This document shows, in pieces, positions 58,851 to 64,000 of a stretch of DNA of 64,000 nucleotides. Under the pieces are notes generated by a model that was given only the letters and a program-made list of their open reading frames with translations, had not been told where the DNA came from and did not search any database. This DNA is from Candidatus Woesebacteria bacterium GW2011_GWA1_39_21 (GTDB taxonomy: Bacteria; Patescibacteriota; Microgenomatia; UBA8517): NCBI GenBank assembly GCA_000993685.1, contig LBWP01000001.1, positions 9,739 to 73,738 of the forward strand, written 5' to 3'. The position numbers and the translations under genes were made by a program. Numbering within the stretch: position 1 is the stretch's first letter; each line of letters starts with the position of its first letter.

Positions 58851-61550
58851 ATGAAAAAACTAAGTAGAATTAGAATACTTTCGCTGGGCAGCGGCGAAGA
58901 TGCTTTAATAAATATTAGTAGCTCGGAAGATGCTTTAAGTATGTGGAGAAGACGTTTTGAAAGGCAACGTGTGCCAAAGAGGAATTCGGGGTTTCGTAGT
59001 AAGGAAAACTTCTCTTCACTGCTTTTAAGAATTTCTAAATTTGCTTTTTTTGCGCTAATCGCGGCGGTTGTGGTTGGTGTTGCTATTTTGAGTTACATCG
59101 CATACGATCTTCCTTCCCCCGACAAAATTGTAAGAAGAGAGGGTTTTTCCACAAAAATTCTTGACCGTAGCGGCGAGGTTTTATACGATATTTACCAGGA
59201 TCAAAAAAGAGTTCCTGTAAAATTTGAGGACGTTCCTGACTATCTTAAGGAAGCGACAATTTCGATTGAGGATAAGAACTTTTATTCGCATGAGGGTTTT
59301 GATGTGCTTGGTATTGTCAGGGGTTTTACGAAAATCTTTACCAAAGGACGTGCGGAAGGTGGTTCAACGATGACACAACAGCTTGTAAAAAATGTTCTTC
59401 TAACTTCGGAAAGATCGGTACTCCGTAAGATCAAAGAGTTTGTTCTCGCTGTTCAGATTGAACGTAAATATACAAAAGACGAGATTCTTTTGATGTATCT
59501 TAACGAAGCTCCGTATGGTGGAACGGCGTGGGGTGTCGAGGCTGCATCAGAAGCTTATTTTGGAAAAAGCGTTAAAGACCTAAATCTTGTCGAATCTGCA
59601 GTTTTGGCTGGTTTGCCGCAACGACCTTCGTACTACTCACCGTATTCCGCCAATTCCGATGCGTATAAAGCGCGGACACGTGATGTTCTTAGACGAATGC
59701 GCGAGGATGGACATATCACTTCTGACCTGGAGGATGAGGCCATCCAGATGCTTGACGAGATAAAATTTGCCGGCAAGGGTGGGAACTTTAAAGCACCACA
59801 TTTTGTTTCTTATGTCGAGCAAATTTTGGAAGATAAGTACGGTTCTGCAATTTTGGAGCAAGGCGGGTACACGATCACAACGACGCTTGATTGGAAAATT
59901 CAGGAGGAGGCGCAAAAGATAGTCACTGACGAGGTTAATAAAGTTGAGGGTTTAAATATCACCAATGGTGCGTCGGTAGTTTTGGACTCGCAGACGGGTG
60001 AAATATTAGCGATGGTCGGCTCGAAAGATTTTAGTGCCAAGGATTATGATGGCCAGGTTAATGTAACAACTGCACTTCGTCAACCGGGTTCGGCATTCAA
60101 GCCATTTACCTACGTTACGGCTTTTAAAAAGTATTACACGCCTTCAACTCTGATTATGGATGTTCCGACGGAATTTCCAGGGGGAATTGGCCAACCGGTT
60201 TATAAACCGGTTGACTATGACGGTAAATATCGTGGTCCGATTCAACTACGTTATGCCTTAGCCAATTCGATAAACATTCCTGCTGTTAAGCTTCTGGCGA
60301 TGGTAGGTATCCGTGATGTTTTGCGAACAGCGTATGACCTTGGCATCAATTCGCTTAAACCAACGGATGAAACAATGTCGCGGGTTGGTTTATCACTTAC
60401 TTTGGGAGGCGGAGAAGTCAGGCTTTTAGAGTTGACCTCTGCATATAGTGCTTTTATGAATAAGGGCTATAGAGTCGATCCGGTTTCAATCTTAAAGATC
60501 GAAGATGCAAATGGTAAAGTGCTTGAAGAAAATAAGCCGGAGAAAGGCAAACAAGTTTTGTCGGAAGCAGAGGCGTTTTTAATCGCTAACATTTTGTCGG
60601 ATAACAGTGCTAGGGCAATGATTTTTGGTGAAAACTCGCTTTTGAATATTGCAGGAAAACAGATTGCTGTTAAGACAGGAACGACGAATGATAAAAGAGA
60701 TAACTGGGCAGTTGGTGGAAATCCCCAGGTGGTTGTCGGAACTTGGGTTGGTAATAACGATAATTCGCCGATGAAGCAAGTTGCCTCGGGTGTTTCTGGA
60801 GCTTCGCCGATTTGGCGTAAGATTTTACTTAAATCCCTGGACGGTAAACCGAACGCCACCTTTGAAATTCCGGAAAATGTCGTTACTAAGGAGGTGGATT
60901 CTGTTTCCGGTTACTCAGCACACGATGGTTTTCCATCAAGGCTGGAATATTTTATAAAAGGGACAGAACCCGGAAACGACCTAGTCCATATCAAATTAAA
61001 GATGTGTAAAAGTCAGGGGAAATTAGCTACTCCGTCGGACGTTTCCTCGGGGAATTATGAAGAGCGCGAGTACTTCGTGTTTAAGGAAGAAGATGTTACA
61101 GGCGGAATTGATGGGGTGAATAAATGGCAGGAAGGAATTCTTGCGTGGATTACTTCGCAAAATGATTCACGGTACAATCCACCTACCGATTATTGTGAAG
61201 GCTCAAACCCGATAAGTGTTGATTTTAATTCCCCACGCGACCACAATTCAAACCTTCCTGAAAAGTTTAACGTTGATATTAAGGTTGACTCGGTAAACGA
61301 TATTTCAGAGGTCGTTCTTGAAATTGATGGAGTGAAACTACGAACATTTACCGGAAAACCTTTCAGTCAAGATGTTGATCTTTCAAGCGGCGTACACCAG
61401 TTGAGAGCGGTTTCCAGAGATGTTAATGGAAAAGAATCTGATAAGACCATTACAATTGGAGTTGGTGTCCCTTGGGATTATTTCCCCTCACCTACTCCAA
61501 CGCCGACACCTGTGTCCACAAGTGCGCCAACTAACACACCCACACCTTGA
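58851..61550 (+). CDS. Penicillin-binding protein 1A (bifunctional transglycosylase/transpeptidase) with a Pro/Thr-rich C-terminal tail
   Basis: The GT51 motifs EDKNFYSHEGFD and GGSTMTQQLVKN are followed by the transpeptidase motifs SAFKPF (SxxK) and KTGTTND. The C-terminal tail is PSPTPTPTPVSTSAPTNTPTP. Confidence 0.9.
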   Translation: MKKLSRIRILSLGSGEDALINISSSEDALSMWRRRFERQRVPKRNSGFRSKENFSSLLLRISKFAFFALIAAVVVGVAILSYIAYDLPSPDKIVRREGFSTKILDRSGEVLYDIYQDQKRVPVKFEDVPDYLKEATISIEDKNFYSHEGFDVLGIVRGFTKIFTKGRAEGGSTMTQQLVKNVLLTSERSVLRKIKEFVLAVQIERKYTKDEILLMYLNEAPYGGTAWGVEAASEAYFGKSVKDLNLVESAVLAGLPQRPSYYSPYSANSDAYKARTRDVLRRMREDGHITSDLEDEAIQMLDEIKFAGKGGNFKAPHFVSYVEQILEDKYGSAILEQGGYTITTTLDWKIQEEAQKIVTDEVNKVEGLNITNGASVVLDSQTGEILAMVGSKDFSAKDYDGQVNVTTALRQPGSAFKPFTYVTAFKKYYTPSTLIMDVPTEFPGGIGQPVYKPVDYDGKYRGPIQLRYALANSINIPAVKLLAMVGIRDVLRTAYDLGINSLKPTDETMSRVGLSLTLGGGEVRLLELTSAYSAFMNKGYRVDPVSILKIEDANGKVLEENKPEKGKQVLSEAEAFLIANILSDNSARAMIFGENSLLNIAGKQIAVKTGTTNDKRDNWAVGGNPQVVVGTWVGNNDNSPMKQVASGVSGASPIWRKILLKSLDGKPNATFEIPENVVTKEVDSVSGYSAHDGFPSRLEYFIKGTEPGNDLVHIKLKMCKSQGKLATPSDVSSGNYEEREYFVFKEEDVTGGIDGVNKWQEGILAWITSQNDSRYNPPTDYCEGSNPISVDFNSPRDHNSNLPEKFNVDIKVDSVNDISEVVLEIDGVKLRTFTGKPFSQDVDLSSGVHQLRAVSRDVNGKESDKTITIGVGVPWDYFPSPTPTPTPVSTSAPTNTPTP

Positions 61551-61597
61551 CAGTGTGATATAATCCCCTTAATAGAATTTTGTATTAGCTATAAAGT

Positions 61598-62011
61598 ATG
61601 TCAGAAAGATTAGCAAAAGGAGACCGGACTCATATCCGTGATTTAAAAAGACAAAGACTTTTAGAGGAAGTGAGAGTTGTGAGAGCAATTGTGCTTCAAA
61701 AGCGTTTGGATCAAAGTTGGGAAGACGGTTTGAATGACAGTTTGAGGTCGCAGGGTTATAAAGATGGTGTGGGAACCCTTTCCCCAGACGAAAAAAGTGC
61801 AATTGGCGAGTATTATGAATTAACACAACGGTTGCGTAAACAACTATACGACGGAGAAATTGCGCGAAAAGATGTTGCGGAAAAGACACACGATTTTAAT
61901 GTTAAACACGCGCCGTTGTTTCCTGATGTTGAGGATAAAAACGGTGAAATGCAAACTCCATTTATTCTGTCTTTACGTTTTATAACTCAAAAATACCGCG
62001 GTGAAAAGTAA
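61598..62011 (+). CDS. hypothetical protein
   Basis: A 137-aa charged protein. No family was recognised. Confidence 0.4.
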   Translation: MSERLAKGDRTHIRDLKRQRLLEEVRVVRAIVLQKRLDQSWEDGLNDSLRSQGYKDGVGTLSPDEKSAIGEYYELTQRLRKQLYDGEIARKDVAEKTHDFNVKHAPLFPDVEDKNGEMQTPFILSLRFITQKYRGEK

Positions 62012-62022
62012 GTGGATGTGAA

Positions 62023-63960
62023 CTACTTAAACTCGAGGGAGTATTTTTCTTTAAGAACTCTGCGTATTTTATTTCTCTGACCGGCAACTTCATCATCCGT
62101 CAGGGTTTTTTCAGGATTTTGGTAAGTTACCCTAAACGTAAAAGAGTTTTTATAGGTACCGGAAAGTCCAATATCTGAAACCAAGTTACTGGCTGATTTA
62201 ATTGATTGCATTATTTTTGCAATTTCTACACCGGCGGGAACGTTGAGTGTTAAATCCTCGATCTGAGGCGGATGTTTAGGAATCGAAACAAAGCTACGGA
62301 GTGGTCGATACAATTTTTGTAGAGCCTGCGAATCAATTTCCGATACAATTATTCCGTCGTCCCGTTCGGTGAGGTATCCGATTGGTGTCTTTGCAGAGCT
62401 GATATTTATCTTTTCAGAAGGTGGGTCTTTTTCAAAGGAAACGGGAATGTTTAGTTGGTCGTTAAGAAGGGTTTCCAAAATTCCTTTCACCTGAACGTAT
62501 TTATAACCATCGAAACACATGCCCAGAAGCAATTTTTCTTCAGGCAAATCGCCCACTGTTTGAAGATAGACGTTAGCAAGTTCAAACATAAAAAGTGATT
62601 CATAATCACCTTTATTTTCTTTGAGTGCGGTAACCAATGAATGTACTAAATCACTTCGAAGGTATTTACTTTCCGGACCGATTGGGTTTTTAAGACTTAG
62701 TGCTTTTTCTGCGTCTAGATAATTGTTTGGAACCAGAGAAAGTGTGTAAACTTCGGTTCCTCCAAGCGCTTTGATAATGTTTTTTATTTTCCATTCAAGG
62801 GAAAATGGTGATTTATACAAGGGATCCGGAAGTTTTCCCTCCATCAATCTGCTTGGAAGGTTGAAATAACCATAAACCCGCGCAATTTCCTCGACGATAT
62901 CTTCAGGAATTTCAATATCTCTTGCTCTAAAACTGGGGACATGTACGCTCAGAGTCTCGGCCTTCCAAACTGGGGAGAATTCCAAGGAGGTTAGTATTTT
63001 TGTAATATCATCTTTCGCGATGTCGACTCCAAGGATTTTTTCGATAAAAGCTTTACTGGTAATAACTGTTTTTACAGCGGCAGGTTTGGGATAATCATCG
63101 TAAATTGCGCTTGCTACTTCTGCACGGCAAACTTTTTGATAAAGTTCGATTCCACGTAAAAGTGCTGATTTCCCAAGATCCGGGTCGACGCCTTTTTCGT
63201 TAATACTCGCCGCCATTGTCCTGATGGTGTATTTCATTGAAGTACCTCTGATGCGAGTGGGGTTATTATTGTCAATAAAAAGTAAAACTCTTTTTGTCTC
63301 GGGGCCAACGACCGAGTTTTTTGTTCCGATAATACCCGGGAGATCAATAATCTCACCATCCCCGTCATCAAAAACAATATCACCGCCTGTTAATTCATAT
63401 GTCTTTTCGTCAAAGCTTGTCACTTTTTCACCCTTTTTCGAGAGTCTGATAAAGAATTTCTTATATTTGATCTTATCGTAATCAAAAGCGTGGCAGGGGT
63501 GCCCGGTTTCGAGCATGACATAATTTGTGATGTCAACAATTGCATTAAGCGACCGGACACCACAAGCAAGTAATCTTTTTTGCATCCAATCTGGGGTTTT
63601 ACGGTTTTTAAAATTTGTTAGAACAACACCTAGTGTTCTGTACACAATTGATTCGTCGGAAACGACACTAAATGGAAGGTTGTCAATTTTGTTAATTTTG
63701 TTGTTAGGATTTAATTTTTTGAGTTTTGCAGGAATTTTGAAGCGTGGAAGGATGGCGGCAGCTTCGCGGGCAAAGCCGTAAACCCCGACGCAATCGATGC
63801 GGTTGGTTGTAATTTCAACATGATAAAGAATATCTCCGTCTTTCTCCTCAACTTTTTCGATTGAAGGACCACATAGGGATAGATATTCGGAAATTTGTTT
63901 TGGCGTTGCCTTTGTTTGTAAATACTCTCTGAGCCAGTTGTCCGAAATGGTAATATCCAT
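62023..63960 (-). CDS. pheT: Phenylalanine--tRNA ligase beta subunit (short form)
   Basis: It begins MDITISDNWLREYL like PheT. B3/B4 and B5 domains are followed by the C-terminal FDX-ACB-like end ...RVTYQNPEKTLTDDEV. Confidence 0.85.
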   Translation of the reverse strand: MDITISDNWLREYLQTKATPKQISEYLSLCGPSIEKVEEKDGDILYHVEITTNRIDCVGVYGFAREAAAILPRFKIPAKLKKLNPNNKINKIDNLPFSVVSDESIVYRTLGVVLTNFKNRKTPDWMQKRLLACGVRSLNAIVDITNYVMLETGHPCHAFDYDKIKYKKFFIRLSKKGEKVTSFDEKTYELTGGDIVFDDGDGEIIDLPGIIGTKNSVVGPETKRVLLFIDNNNPTRIRGTSMKYTIRTMAASINEKGVDPDLGKSALLRGIELYQKVCRAEVASAIYDDYPKPAAVKTVITSKAFIEKILGVDIAKDDITKILTSLEFSPVWKAETLSVHVPSFRARDIEIPEDIVEEIARVYGYFNLPSRLMEGKLPDPLYKSPFSLEWKIKNIIKALGGTEVYTLSLVPNNYLDAEKALSLKNPIGPESKYLRSDLVHSLVTALKENKGDYESLFMFELANVYLQTVGDLPEEKLLLGMCFDGYKYVQVKGILETLLNDQLNIPVSFEKDPPSEKINISSAKTPIGYLTERDDGIIVSEIDSQALQKLYRPLRSFVSIPKHPPQIEDLTLNVPAGVEIAKIMQSIKSASNLVSDIGLSGTYKNSFTFRVTYQNPEKTLTDDEVAGQRNKIRRVLKEKYSLEFK

Positions 63961-64000
63961 AATTCTAAATTCAAAATTCAGACATCAAAAATCAAAATTG

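Overview
The window is AT-rich and compact, and it looks like a reduced-genome bacterium of the CPR/Patescibacteria type. Several housekeeping proteins are short for their families, including RF1, DNA polymerase III delta-prime and PheT. No PilQ secretin was found anywhere in the window.

Recognised housekeeping genes include a partial S41 C-terminal processing peptidase, HtrA, a domain-1-less RF1, L31, HisRS with an adjacent tRNA-His, DnaB, an M29 aminopeptidase, RluA, YebC, a Xer recombinase, GyrA, GyrB, an H+-pyrophosphatase, a delta-prime-like clamp-loader subunit, KhpA, S16, RNase III, an ACP-like protein, NusB, L32, RecG, TyrRS, PBP1A and PheT. RNA genes are tRNA-His(GTG), tRNA-Leu(CAA) and a GC-rich structured RNA that is a candidate RNase P RNA.

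The dominant feature is a roughly 20 kb secretin-less type IV pilus locus at about 33.2-52.9 kb. It carries pilB, pilT and pilC, three paralogous pilin genes, pilD, eight further prepilin-like genes and pilM/N/O.

A five-gene glycan-modification island at 38.2-43.4 kb sits between two of the pilin paralogs. It contains a DUF2723/TMEM260-like GT-C membrane glycosyltransferase, GT4 and GT2 glycosyltransferases and two SAM-dependent methyltransferases. I read it as a pilin glycosylation and O-methylation system.

Other notable elements are:
- a roughly 110-nt multi-hairpin repeat in four copies, always at the 3' end of minus-strand genes, flanking recG and splitting a small gene near 30.1 kb;
- a second two-hairpin REP-like repeat in inverted copies, one of which overlaps a minor-pilin start;
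- a dif-like site next to xer with a partial copy 1.15 kb upstream, bracketing an AT-rich ORFan in an IMEX-like arrangement.
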